A DNA stretch of 64,000 nt from Podarcis tiliguerta. Lineage: Eukaryota. The stretch is from the NCBI GenBank assembly GCA_965153285.1, contig OZ229115.1, one strand, 5' to 3'. A program made the position numbers and the translations under genes. Positions 51,721-64,000 of this stretch are shown here, piece by piece. Under the pieces are notes generated by a model. It had not been told where the DNA came from. It ran no database searches and worked only from the letters and a program-made list of their open reading frames with translations. Position 1 is the stretch's first letter, and each line of letters starts with the position of its first letter.

Positions 51721-52174
51721 CTATAAGGCATGTTGACTAGTTTGTGGCACACATAATTTTCCTCAAGCAGGGGAAGGTTTCATAAGATTCATTCACATAT
51801 ATGCCACTTTCCACCTTCTGATAAGATGTGTATACACACATGCATATACGTGCACACACACGTGTATATGAGTTAAGGTATGTAAGAATATGACAACACC
51901 AGCACCCTTGTATTTCAGTTTTTCATTTGTGCATGTTCTACCTTTTGGTTGTTTTTTATGCCATGCTCTTTAATATACCCCTATTGGTTTTCAGTGTATA
52001 CATTTTTCTGTATGCACTTCTTCTTCTTCAAACTCATCACATATTGTTAAAATATAAGCCAGGCCATTTCTCCCTGTTCTTCTATTTTTGAGATACCTGT
52101 CACTCACTGAATACCAGCGCTCTGCCCTTCTTAAGCAGAGGGACTGGATCATGGCCTGTATGAATTTTGAACAT

Positions 52175-52290
52175 TGACTAAGTAGAAGGTAGCTTCCAAT
52201 CTAGCCCAGTGTTGTTTGCTCTGACTGGCAGTGGCTCTATGGAGCATATGCAGAGGTTTTTCTGCACATGTTAAAAATCTCCTTTTAACT
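52175..52290 (-). mobile_element. Degenerate Squam2-like SINE
   Basis: tctagcccagtgttgt..ctctgactggcagtggctct...aactggaaatgccaaggatt. Confidence 0.55.
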
Positions 52291-54034
52291 GGAAATGCCA
52301 AGGATTTGTTAGTGCCTCTTGTGGAGCCCAGTTTGGGCTTCATTTCAAACTTCAGAAACTAGTAAGTTCTGATTGTAGACCACAAATTCCTGTCAATAAT
52401 TAAAGGTATAGTCATTTGATTTTGATTTTTTTTAAATCTGCCTTACCTATTTTGAAGGTGGTTGTCAACAATTTTAACAAAAAAAACAAAAAACCCCACA
52501 TTATTTACAAAAATATATAATTTGGGCAATTTCATGCAAATCACTAACTGAGGTCAACCGTTTATGTTAGATGTGCTAGCGAGAGAAATCTAATGTCTGC
52601 TAACAATTAAGATTTAAGGTTAATTTGGGGCAACAGTCTGTCCATGTTATTTTGTACAATTTTGTTATTTTGTTTTTAGATCCAAATTCCTAAATACTCC
52701 AGCCCATCAAAAAGCAATCACACAGAGTTCCAATTTATTCAAATTCTTGAGTATCTAGCAAGAAATCTGAATTTGGTGACTACCTGCACAGGTCAGGTAT
52801 AGCTGATTGGGTAGTTGTACCAAAAAGAAATATTTGGATAGATTACCTGGACATTTAGAAAGCATAAATAAACTAAATATTGTTGTAATGGGTTAGGAAA
52901 TGCAGTATTATTCAAATATTATTGATTTTACTAACAGGTGTGTGTGTGTATATATAACACATTTTTTTATTGAAGCCCACAATTTTCTAGCAAAACTGTA
53001 TATACCATGCTTTCCTTTGATCCATAAGCCATCACTGGATGTTTCCAATGCAAAAGCAGTGTCTTGTTACAAAAACTGAAGATTCCAAATGTGGAAAACA
53101 ATATTTTCTCATATTGGCAAGAAAGTCAAAGGAAAGGGTTAAAAACTAATCTATCTCTCTCTCCAGAGCTCAATGCAGAAGATAATCCTGGGGCAGGGAG
53201 AGGTTCAGAGTGGAAGACATCTGGGCATGGTGCTGCATGGATATTATGTTCTGGTTGATGACCCTGTTGACAGAAATGGTTTCATTATATGGCTGTTTTG
53301 TAGATGTGATTGCCCCTGTGGAATTCTATTGCTGATATGTAACTCTGTAACAGTGACTTAATTGGTGATGGTGTCTCCATGCCTGTATGACTTTGTGAAA
53401 CAGAGCTTACTGAGCTCTGACAGCGAATTCTTTTATCATTTTACCAACAAAGATAAAACAAATGAAGAAACTTTTTTTGTTAAACTAGCTTTTGAATAAT
53501 GCATATTCCTTGGTTCATAGCCAAGATGCATCTATATTTGGGATGTTATTCAACTGGTGTAAATATAATGTGGTATTTTACATTGGGCTGCTTATGACTT
53601 TCTCTTTCTTGTGATCTCTGCCTCTTTTTTTACATTGTTGACGTTCAGCCTGTACTGTTCAATGTGACGTAAGTCACACTTGTTATGTTCGCAGCTAGGT
53701 AATGATTGCTTGGTATTATTTTCCAGAATTCATGGGAATTGAAAGGAAATGAGAAAAGGAGGCTTTCAGTATATCAAGGGGGGAATTTTAAGAGTGAGCA
53801 CTGTGTGAAACTGCATGCGGGCTAATATTGTCAGGCTGAAGTTCTGCCAAATAAGCTGTGTTCACACTGAAAATGAAAATTTGGGGTGCAGAAAAGAGGG
53901 CAGCCTCATAGGTATTTTTTAAATTGGGTGGTAACTTGCATATAAAGCTTTAATCAAATCAGCAGCTGCTACACATACTGACAGGCACACTGTAAGCTGA
54001 ATGGCTCTGGCAGACATTTTAGGCACTATATGTA

Positions 54035-54578
54035 CCGTATTTTTTGCTCCATAGGATGCACTTTTTCTCTCCTAAAAAGTAAGGGGGAAAGTCTGTGCAT
54101 CTTATGGAGCGAATGTGTGGTCCCTGGAGCCAAATCGCTGTTGCCCTGCGCTCCTGGGCTGCACTTTAGGGGTGGGGGGAGGAGCCACGGTGCTCTGCTG
54201 GCAGCCTCCGCTTTCCCCTGAAGCCCCAGCAACGTTTGCAAGCAGCAGGAAGGCTGTGTGCTCCCGGGCTGCTCTTTGGGGGTGATTGATTAATAATAGT
54301 AAAATGCTCAAATTTTAATTTTTGTGACTGCTGCCAATACTGACTTCCCAGTGATAATGAAAACAGCTGCATTATAATGGAATGTCTGTCCTTTTTCCAT
54401 TCTCTTCATTATGTACCGTGGCTCGCTTTAAAGCAGCAAAGTGGACAGGAGCCACACACTTTGCTGTTTTAAATAGCTTAGTACAACATTTGAGTCAGAT
54501 TTTTTTTCCCTTGTTTTCCTGCTCTAAAAGCTTTGTGCGTCTTTTGGTCAGGAGTGTCCTATGGAGTGAAAAATACGG
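54035..54578. mobile_element. Tc1/mariner Tc2-type non-autonomous element
   Basis: TIRs ccgtattttttgctccatagga / tcctatggagtgaaaaatacgg; TA TSDs at 54033-54034 and 54579-54580. Confidence 0.85.
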
Positions 54579-55404
54579 TAAATTATGTGAAGCTATAGAT
54601 TGTAGGGCTGTTTCTTGACCCATATAAACGTACTTGGCAGTCATTCCATTGTCTAGCCTGTCGCTAGAAGAGTAACCTTGCATCAACAGTCTGTGCTTAA
54701 TCAACTCCATAAATAATTGCAGATGGCAGTGTTAGTACAGCATGTATTTTGAAGCCCAGAAACATGGATTTGCTATAAACCGCACAGATTAACTAAAATA
54801 GTGTGTGTGGTAGTAAATAAACTATAGTATTTATTTGGTGGCTGCATTAGTTATTTGCAGTGTTAGTGTCAGGTGCTCTGTGCACATACATTCACAAACT
54901 TTTAGTAGTGCTGGCTCCAGGGAGATCACATAATTGAAACTAAGGACTCATGGGAGGGCTTCCCCACCAGCCATTTTCCAGACATTCTGCAAGCTCTGAG
55001 GATTTGTCTTTGTTTTATTACATACTTGTGTTATATCTCCCATATCTATACTAGAAAGGACATATTACACTGTAATTGCAAACTTCTTTATAAGAAATAA
55101 AATGTGTAGAAATTGAGGTCTTTGTCCAAAATAGGAGGAGAGCCAAAAATAACAACCTTCAACCTCTCAAACCCAAATGAAACTCAACCCAGACTGCGAG
55201 AAAACCATAAAAATGGAGGCAGCCTAAGCTTAGGAACCCATGGAACTTGAGTTACTAGTGTTTATTTAAATGTCTTCCCTACACAGCATTAACAAAAGCT
55301 TAAGCAGATTCCTTTGCCTCTTATTTCTGGGATGGTCTTTCGAACAGTGTTTTTCCACTTGAAGCTGAAGACACAAGTATTTAACTTTTAGGAGGGCATA
55401 AATA

Positions 55405-55950
55405 AATACTTTGGCAGATCTGACTACTTTTACACATACCGTGATTGCATTCAGATTAGATTACTGCAGTGCACTCGATGTGAGGCTGCCCATAAAGAAG
55501 TTCAGAAACTACAGCTGGTGCAAAGTGCTGTGTTCAGCTTTGTGGAATATATTACTTCCGTATTATGTGAATTGCAATGGCTTCCTGTATGTGTTTAGTC
55601 GTTTAGTCGTGTCCGACTCTTCGTGACCCCATGGACCAGAGCACACCAGGCACTCTTGTCTTCCACTGCCTCCCGCAGTTTGGTCAGGCACAATTTGTAT
55701 CCAGGCACAATTCAAAGTTCTGGTTATAACCTAGAAAGCCCAAAATGGTTTGGGACCAAGATATTTGAAGGACCTCTTCTCCCAACATAAGTTCAACATA
55801 AAGAGGCCTTGTTCCACGCCCCTTTGACTTCAGAAGGTTGGTTGGGACTTATTGTTAGCAGGGGGAACTCCCTCCATTGGGAAGCCAGGTTAGCTCACTC
55901 TTTTGACATTCCTGCTTCACCAGACATTTTGTTTGTTTTAATTCCACTAC
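55405..55950 (+). mobile_element. L2 3' fragment hosting an RTE insertion
   Basis: HTVIAFRLDYCSAL motif and caattcaaagttctggttataacc continuation. Confidence 0.75.
55591..55688 (-). mobile_element. RTE/BovB-type LINE 3' end, ~100 bp, 5' truncated
   Basis: gtttagtcgtttagtcgtgtccgactcttcgtgaccccatggac matches the reverse BovB 3' end; CpG-rich, so young. Confidence 0.85.
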
Positions 55951-56035
55951 CAATGTGGTTTGTAGTGTTGCTTCTGTTTCTTTTATCTCTCTGTTATTAA
56001 CTGTATCTTATTGCAGTGATCTTAGAGCATATTAT

Positions 56036-56144
56036 CTCTTTAAACAGAGGTTTGCCATGGACACTTTTGTTGAGATTCCTGTATTGCAGGTGGTTGGTCT
56101 AGATGACTCTGAGTCCCTTTCAACTGTAGTTCTCTGATTCTATG
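56036..56144 (+). mobile_element. CR1 3' end
   Basis: ggttggtctagatgac...tgattctatg. Confidence 0.75.
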
Positions 56145-58383
56145 GTTGAGCAGCGATTCAAACCAAAGGCTCTTCGGTCTTTACGTTTAGCAAAAGGAAT
56201 TACGTAAACTCATCCACCAAAAGGCCCATTATTATTTTGGTTAATTTTGGGGTTGTGCGTGTTCTTTCCTACTAGAATATGCAGATAATATATAGATAAT
56301 ATATAGATATGTATTTGCAAAATTGAACTGACTGGAAACAGATCCTACTAGGGTAAGGGTTGATTAGAAGTTTGTTCAACCTTTTGAATGGCAGAATTAT
56401 ATATAGAATATGCAGTGCTTAAGCTTTTACAAGGAGAAATTCAATAATGAAAGAAGGAAATTGAGGTGAAACATAACTAATATTAGGTTAACATATTAGA
56501 GGCATCTCTGTGTGAAAAAAATTTCCAGTCCTGCACACAGTTACCTGAGAGTAAGTCCCATTTAAATCATGGGTAGTCATGCATTGGATTTCACTGTTGT
56601 TAAGGTTGTAGATACTCATCACTAAGAGTATTTTAAATCAGATCTGACAAATCCCCAGTGAATGTACATTATGGGGCGGTCCCAAATTGATATGGAGATG
56701 CACTGGAAGAACTAATGTCTTTTCATTCTTTAATGGCTAGGATTCTTCTCGCCCACAGGCAAATAAGCAATTGCTTTAACTGTTCACCCATGCTCTGGTG
56801 AGCGATTTTGCCATACTCCATGGCTTTGTTTTGGTTTTATGTTATTTTTTCTCCATGGTTTTCTTCATAAGTCTTTTTAATTTGTTCTCAGTGTTATCTT
56901 ATGAAACTTAGAGCTCATTCTACTAATAAAAATATTTTGTTATTAAGCTGTTAAAACATGTTTTATTTAAAAATCAATGCAGAAAGTTTTAATATCAGTT
57001 TTGGCCCCCACTTCCCTCTGTGTCTCGTTGTGGAGCTGGGCTTTGTGTAAGCTCACCACATGCACAAATAACTAAAATAAATTGTTTTCATCCTTTTCTT
57101 ACTCATTGTGCAAGGAATTTAAATCAATAATGTCTGCCTTCTTTCTAGCTTACTGGTGCGTATATAAATGCAGCTGTATTATTTTGCACAGTATCGTAAA
57201 TTGGAGCCCTGGCATGAAAGAAAAATGAACAAAAGTGAAACAGAATTGTACTCTGTGATAATAATAAAATATAACTCTAAGCTCAATTAAAACTGGCTGG
57301 ACCAAGACCATCTTGGTCCACATATGAAGTTTGTGAATGATAGGCATCTTATTTGCCAGAGGGAAAGCTCCAGAATGCTTGGTGTTGGCAGGGCAGTAGC
57401 TTCTGTTTTAACATGATAACATGACTATTGCTGTTGGGGCAGATTAGCACTCAACCCTCTCAAAGATAATAGAATTCACATTAATCTCCATCTCCTCTGT
57501 GTCTTTTTGAGTCTTGCCTCTTGCATGAAGTCTGATTATATTACTATGCAATTTGTAGGTTCCCCCGTAACTCACTACTGCTTTGAAGATCCCAGCTATT
57601 TTCCAGTATGGGATCTTGCAAGTCAGAGGCAGATCTAGAATTATGAAATGATATTGCAGTGGGGATTAAATTTGCTTTGATTTCTTAGTTAGGCCCTGAC
57701 CTATGTGTAGTATATGATAGTGGTAGGTTTGTTGGGATGAGGGGGGAGGGCTGCTATTCTTTGTGTTGTAGGAAACATGGCGTAGCTGGAGCTGATTTTG
57801 AAGCTCCCAACACAGGAACGGTGACAGGCTTGCAAATGGAAATGGAAACTAAAAAGTGTTGTTGTTGTTTTAAATAAATTCTGATTAAAAATGTGTATTG
57901 GCAGGGATGTACCTACCAGATGCTTACTTTAACAAATAATCAGCCTATCATCCACCACTTGGGGGCTTTTCTATAAAATAAAAAGTGATAATTGCAATAT
58001 AATAAAACAGTTTCAATAGACGTAAAAGCTTTGTTTGGTGAAAACTAAACAGGTTCCAAGGAAGTATATATTTAAAGAAGTGTCTTTGAATTCTGAAACC
58101 ATCTGTAATAAATATTGCAAAAACCAAACAAATAGTTTAACACAGTGGGTGTCAAATCTCCAGTTCTGAGGCCCAAAGTCTGTTTCTTGCAGAGCAGGCT
58201 CCAGAAGGCTTTAACCTCTGATGATGGGTGGAGGGAGATGAAGCTGCCTGAAGCTGTTAGGGAAAACAGCACATGAAAAAATGGAAAGCACAGTGAGAGG
58301 AAAGGGAGATAAATGTTGGTTTCCTATACTGCTACTAGTTATATATGTTATTTCCCAGTGGGAAGGAATACTGCTAACAATAA

Positions 58384-58466
58384 AATAGAATAATAGAATT
58401 TCTAAGTTGGAAGGGATCCCGAGGTTCATCTAGTCCAACCCTGCAATGCAGGAATCTCAACTAGAT
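58384..58466 (-). mobile_element. CR1 3' end
   Basis: atagaat...gttggaagggatcccgaggttcatctagtccaacc. Confidence 0.8.
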
Positions 58467-58659
58467 CACAGCAGGCCTCAGCCTGCCCCAGAATAGTGAT
58501 CAATAGGCTGGGCCTAGCTTGAAATATAACCCCTGCTTTTCAGTTGCTGTCCAATATGCTATTCCCCACCCAGGCCCAGAACAGGGTTCTCTTTTGACAG
58601 TAAATATTTACTTACTTATATTTAAACATTTACATGTATAATCCATACTATCTATCTAT

Positions 58660-58747
58660 CGTATGGATACCACCCTTCATCTGAGGATCACAGCATGATT
58701 TGCAATATAAAAATACAAAAATATGTAATATAGTAACAAAGAAAACC

Positions 58748-58782
<35 letters not shown>

Positions 58783-59177
58783 GAGAGAGACAGAGAGAGA
58801 GGCCATAGATTGTTTAAATAGCCAAAGATCTGGTTGTAGAGGAACATTTTCGTCAGGTGCCTAAACATATGTAATGAAGGCGCCAGGTGAGTCTCCCTGG
58901 GGAGAGCATTATACAAATGAGGAGCCACCACAGAAAAGGCCCATTCTCATGTTGCCACCCTTTGGACGTCTCATTTAGGTGGAACATGAAGAAGGGCCTC
59001 AGGTGATGATTGCAGTGTTTGGGTCAGTTCATATGGGGTGAGGCAGTCTTGAGCCATTAAAGCTTTATAGATCAAAGCCAGCACTTTGAATTGGGCCCAG
59101 AAATAGTCCGGCTGCAGTCCGACCAGGATTGGTATTATGTGCACAAACCATCTTGCCCCGGTTAGCAACCTGGCTGT
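58660..59177 (-). mobile_element. L2 3' end with an internal (CA)n repeat
   Basis: ORFs 58971-59204 and 58677-58931 (ARLLTGA...AQFKVLALIYKAL; VAPHLYNALP) are L2 ORF2 C-terminus. Confidence 0.88.
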
Positions 59178-61820
59178 CAATACTGTCCCACTTAAACAGG
59201 ACAACTGAAAAAGTCTCCAGTCCTAGCACATGGGACTGCATAGCTGATAAGATTTCAAAACTATTCAGTATTGTATTTAGCATTTCTTCTGCTTTAGGGA
59301 GCTAAAAGGTACCAAAGGTTCCTATTCAAAAAGGAAGAACACTTAGAGAAGTTTATCTGTTGACAAGACAAATAGAATCAGGGTGTAAGTATAGCAAATA
59401 ATCAAAGTGTTAGGAATCACTAGGTTGTTCTTTAGTTATTGTAATCTGCATGGTACTATTGTGGTACCATTTACAGTTGACAGTGGCAATACTGTACTGT
59501 AAATGTTTTAATTATTGTCATAAGATGCTAGTGTACCTTGTTTTTATTTCCTTTTTTACATTAATGTAAAATATTAGTGTACATGGTTTGGAATCCATGG
59601 CTGGATTTTGGCTCTCTGTGAGGATCTGTCTGAAATATCCTTCCTTTGGCACCTTGATATATGACCGTCCCGGTTGCATAATGCCTTCAAGGTGCTGTGG
59701 GGAAGCAGTCTTTTCCTTCCTCTGCGGCGTTTTCTCTGATGTGGTTCAGGTTATTAGCTATATGTATTACGTAAGTTTTCAAAGCTGGCTGTGAATGTCT
59801 TTGTGATAGTTTAATAAAGATTGAGATCTGTAGTGGTTAATAGGACTAGACAAATAAATACTCCCAGATAAAGAGAACAGTGCTTGAAAAACTATGAAAG
59901 ACTGACCCAAGTATATCTACAGAATGGGGTATGAGTAGTGCTAAGCAAATGGAGCTGGCAGCTGTGGTTGGGTTGCAAGCCTAGCCTTGCTTGTGGCACT
60001 TTGGAACACAAACTTTTACTACGTTTGAAAAAGTTTAATAAGTTTGTCTCTGACTTCAATGACTTTGGGAGTAATTGTGGGTTTTATGGTACATGAGCAC
60101 ATATGTTCCTAGTATGGCACCAGCAAGTCATCACTAGTCAAGAAAGGATTTACTCAAGGATATTAATCCTTTTCAGGATCCGTACAGAATATACTTTGGC
60201 ATTTTGAATTTAATTTTTTAGAAAATTTTACAGACAAGCTAGGGGAATACATCTTTATGTATTGTGCTAGATATTTTGTGTCAGTGTAGACATTTTGAAT
60301 GTATAATAGGATGTGGTGTTAATGGCTTTTTTTCCTTTGTTGGTTTTAGCTCCTCAAATAGAAGGATATTCGCAGTTGTATGGGCATTAAATAATGAAAG
60401 CACATAACATAATGGTTGTATCCAATGGTGGCTTTTCACTAGTACCCGACTCACACAAGGCAGAGAACCCAATTTCCTCCCAAAATCTGAATTTCTGTTG
60501 TACAGTGATGCTCCCCTCTCTGTTATTTCTGGAATATTTGTATTATAGGTGGGACACTATCCAGGGCAAAATCTAAAATGAAAATTTAACTTCAGTTCTA
60601 TTCACTACCTACATATGCCGTTCAGTATTGTCTCAAACAATGAAAATGTCTGTCATATATAGATTCTGCTAAGACATCCTCAAAGAATGACCTCTCTCTT
60701 GAATAGTGCTCCTTCCTGCACATGCAGTCAGGCTTTTCAATGCATTTGGGGAAAAGTTATGCTGTGATACCTTAGCTGGCCTTCAGCTTTATTAAAGATG
60801 GTGGTTTAAATATTTATACAGGTTAAGATGGAGCCCATATAATCAGAAGTGCAGTTGCTGTGGTAACTGTGATCCTGAGAGATTGCTTTGCTTTCTTACT
60901 ACTTTAAATCTTAAGAAAGAAAGAAACCTATGATTTGTTAATTTGTGTTGGTGTTGATAACTCAGGATCAGGTTTAAATCCAAACCTTTAAAGGTATAGA
61001 GTGGCTCCAACTGCTTCGCTGAAAGAACAACCATTTTACAAAAGGTATATAAGTAACAGGTTACAATTATTATGTGGCCAATATTCTTTTTGTATTTGTC
61101 AATAAAACCTTGAAAGGAGAGGAATTAAGGCAGAAATTAATGCCCCCAATAGCTGCAATTATAAAGGTTGTGATATGTAGCCCCTAAGAGTTTAGTTTGG
61201 TAACTTGGGAGTTTTTGGTGATAAAATGGCAGACACAAAATCCAGTTTGTTTGACTCACATAGCAAGTGGCTGTTTAAAAGTACTTCATTCTCCTCAGGC
61301 CTAGCAGAAACATTAGCTGCTCAACCACAATGCTTTTTCTTAGAATGTAAAGACATATCCATTGTTTGTGAGAGAGGACGAGCAATTAGAAAATGAACTT
61401 GGGAAACAATGTTGCGCCTGTGATAGAGAAATGTCAAGTGCCTCCATTCCCACACTGGCTGGTAGAAATTTGTGGTAATTTGGTTAGACTTGCTCTGCAA
61501 ATAGTAACTTCACAAGGCATGTAGATCTGTCATGCAACAGAAAAACAATCTGACAAGAGATTCTTTGTTGCTACTTACCTCCATCTTTTTTGGAAAGTTC
61601 AAGTTTAAAATAGCATATGAGATCCCCTTCTTTACCTTTCTTGGTGTCTAAAGTCCTATAATTGCAGGGAACATATTAGGTGCTCAATGCTATCACATTC
61701 TTATTTGTTTAATATTACTTTCCCCCTGTTGCTGCTCTTAACTATTTGAGGAAAAACAATTGATAAAAGGTGACACAGCTGACATACAGGATTAGCTTGA
61801 TTCTTTTTCTTTCTTCACAG

Positions 61821-61913
61821 GCCTCCAGAACTAGCATCCAAGTATGCTAACATCTCAGAGGGGGTTTGCAAGCCTGGATATGCATCTGCACTCATGACTG
61901 CCATCTTCCCAAA
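61821..61913 (+). CDS. ST3GAL3: ST3GAL3 93-nt exon; gene continues beyond the window
   Basis: ttctttttctttcttcacag| acceptor; (L)PPELASKYANISEGVCKPGYASALMTAIFP vs human LPAELATKYANFSEGACKPGYASALMTAIFP; N-glycosylation sequon NIS retained; donor AA|gtaagt; phase 2 to 2. Confidence 0.97.
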
Positions 61914-64000
61914 GTAAGTTACCTGTGCCTTCAGGTTTGTGCATTACAGACCTTTACTCCTACCATAATATTTTCCCCTGTTTGTGGTACGATGATGATG
62001 ACGATGATTAAGGTAATATCGTAATTTAGAGATTTGGGGGACTATATTCTTAGTGATTTCTAAATTATCAGGGGCGTATGTTACAGTAACATAAAATAAG
62101 CTAGTTTTGTGAATCCATAATCAAAGCCACTTAACACATTTTGAAAGATTTAAAACATCATCTCCTCATGTCATTAAAAGTTACTACCTAATTTATGGGC
62201 CAAATCAACATATTTCATAATCTAAAACTGTACCTTGAAACAGGAGGACAAACAGTACCGATTAATTCCAAAATATAAATATCACTAGTCATACATGCAT
62301 AATTTCTTATCATATTTGCCATCCTTTACAGCATTTAATAATATGCAACTGTGTCTGAATATTCATGTATTGTTTCTCTTCCTTTCCCATTTCCCTTTTT
62401 TATGCATTCCATCTTTTTAGATTGCTTAGAATTGCACTGATAAAGATAGGTTGATTTGTGCTCACAAGACTGACCCTCCCAGCAGGCAGAGTGAGGGAAC
62501 CGCCCCAAGTACCTAATTTGTAGGTGTTATGAAAGGCTAGTTACTTACCGTAATCTTTTTTGTATGCTAACTGCTAGTGAAGGGGAGATGTGCTTGTGGG
62601 TGCCAAATGACTTTGAATTGAAGAGGAGCTGCCTTGTCCACCATCCAGTCCATTTTAGGTTCTTAGAAGCATATATGATTCTTCACTTGATTTTGCAGTC
62701 ATCAAGTAGTTTGTATATGCGTGTGTGTGTCTGCCTTGCTTATAAAGAAAGCTGTTTCTTGGATAAAAATAGAACCATGTTATAGTATGATGACACTGGT
62801 GATTCTCAAATATATGTGTATATCTGACAGCATGCAAGAGATTTTAGGAGCTGAAAGGCAGAAACCAGTATTCACTGTTTGGCTTTAAATGGCTTGTTGC
62901 TGTGTCCTTGTTCATTGAAAAGATCATTCTAAATTAGAGGCCTTTGCTCATCTGAGAGTTGGATTGCTGAATAGCTTTTGACCTTTCTTTGGGAAGAGGG
63001 GTCTGGCTTTCCACAGTTAATACAAGGGCCTCCAGTCCTACGGAATATGCGTGCGGTATACAGTACACAATGCGACAAAGCCCTTCCTAACCCTGAGGAT
63101 TTTCTGCTCACAAACAAGCTGCAGTTATGTACCAGTGTACAAACCCTGCTTGCCTGTCTGCCTGCCTGCCATTTTGTAGTTCACAGTTGTGTGGAAATAA
63201 CAAAGAGCATTCGCATCATAAGTCAAGAGCTTCTGGTCTGCTGTTTTAAAAGGAGACAAAACATGTATAACTCATTATGAAGTTGTTCCAGTAGCATTTC
63301 TCAGTGTACGTGTGGATTTATTGAGAGATGAATTCAACAAAGTATGGGTAATGTTGGGTTTTATAATGTGACTTCAGGACTATATTCACTGTGTATCAGC
63401 AGTGAATAATGTACAGATGTGTAGGGTCAAAAGATGGTGGTCACTTTTATATCCAGTTTTCAGTATAATTCAGTAAAATGTAATCTGGTTGCTATGAAAA
63501 GGGGCTCTGGAGTTCTGTGCTAAAAAATTATATTCTGCTGTTAGGGTACACTAGACAGACTTTGGAAATGTGTGTCCAGTTCCCTGATGTGCATGGGAGA
63601 TTGCAGAGTGAAATCCTGCTGGCAGTATGTGTCTGCTTTGCTGCAGTGTTAGAAACTGAAATATGAAAACTAGGAGCTAAACCTAGGTTATGGGAGCAAC
63701 AATGGAATGTCTAGACACACTTCTTTTATAACAAGAATACAAAGGTGAAAATGAATGAACTGCAGCTAAAATATTTTGTTCGTTTTTCACATGGTCTAGT
63801 CCCTGCAGGGTATTATGATATATTCCCTTAAAGGATGAGCAGCGTCTATTAGCATTTGGGTTTGAGCTTTCAGAAAGGAAATCAATAGAGTAGCCACTTA
63901 GGGGTGAGTTCATATTTTCATGAGGCACTATAAGATACTTGCTTGATTGCAGGTGCCACTTCTGAGAGGTGGATGTTGCAGAATATTCTGGGAGACTGAA

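Noticed and set aside
62978-63280. 100-aa ORF with some CpGs near the window end
   Set aside because: Non-ATG start, no match to the expected next ST3GAL3 exon (FSKPAPMFLDDSFRKW...), and no recognisable family.

Overview
Vertebrate (squamate, most likely lacertid lizard) genomic DNA containing the 5' part of ST3GAL3 (beta-galactoside alpha-2,3-sialyltransferase 3) on the + strand. A CCAAT-rich CpG-island promoter and probable non-coding exon 1 lie at ~4.9-6.3 kb. Four coding exons follow (11821-11935, 34711-34758, 49689-49731, 61821-61913). They splice in frame to MGLLVYMRNLLLALCLFLVLGFLYYSAWKLHLLRWEDS/NSVVLSSDSVGRSIGS/EYDKLGFLLQLDSRL/PPELASKYANISEGVCKPGYASALMTAIFP(K/N), i.e. cytoplasmic tail, signal anchor and stem; the catalytic sialylmotif exons lie beyond the window. 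None of these exons is a supplied ORF except in passing, and nearly all supplied ORFs are spurious or TE-derived. The introns hold squamate TEs: two Sauria (Squam1) SINEs with perfect TSDs, a Squam3-type SINE, Squam2-like SINEs, L2/CR1/RTE(BovB) fragments, Penelope-like remnants with decayed hammerhead cores, and hAT, Tc1/mariner-pogo and Harbinger-like MITEs. I found no convincing novel multi-component system. The best leads are a possible spliced uORF in frame with the main ORF, TE pairs bracketing the 43-nt exon, a MITE with a possibly captured hairpin-bearing segment, and decayed Penelope ribozymes. Gene and repeat identifications are from recall of family sequences, not database searches.
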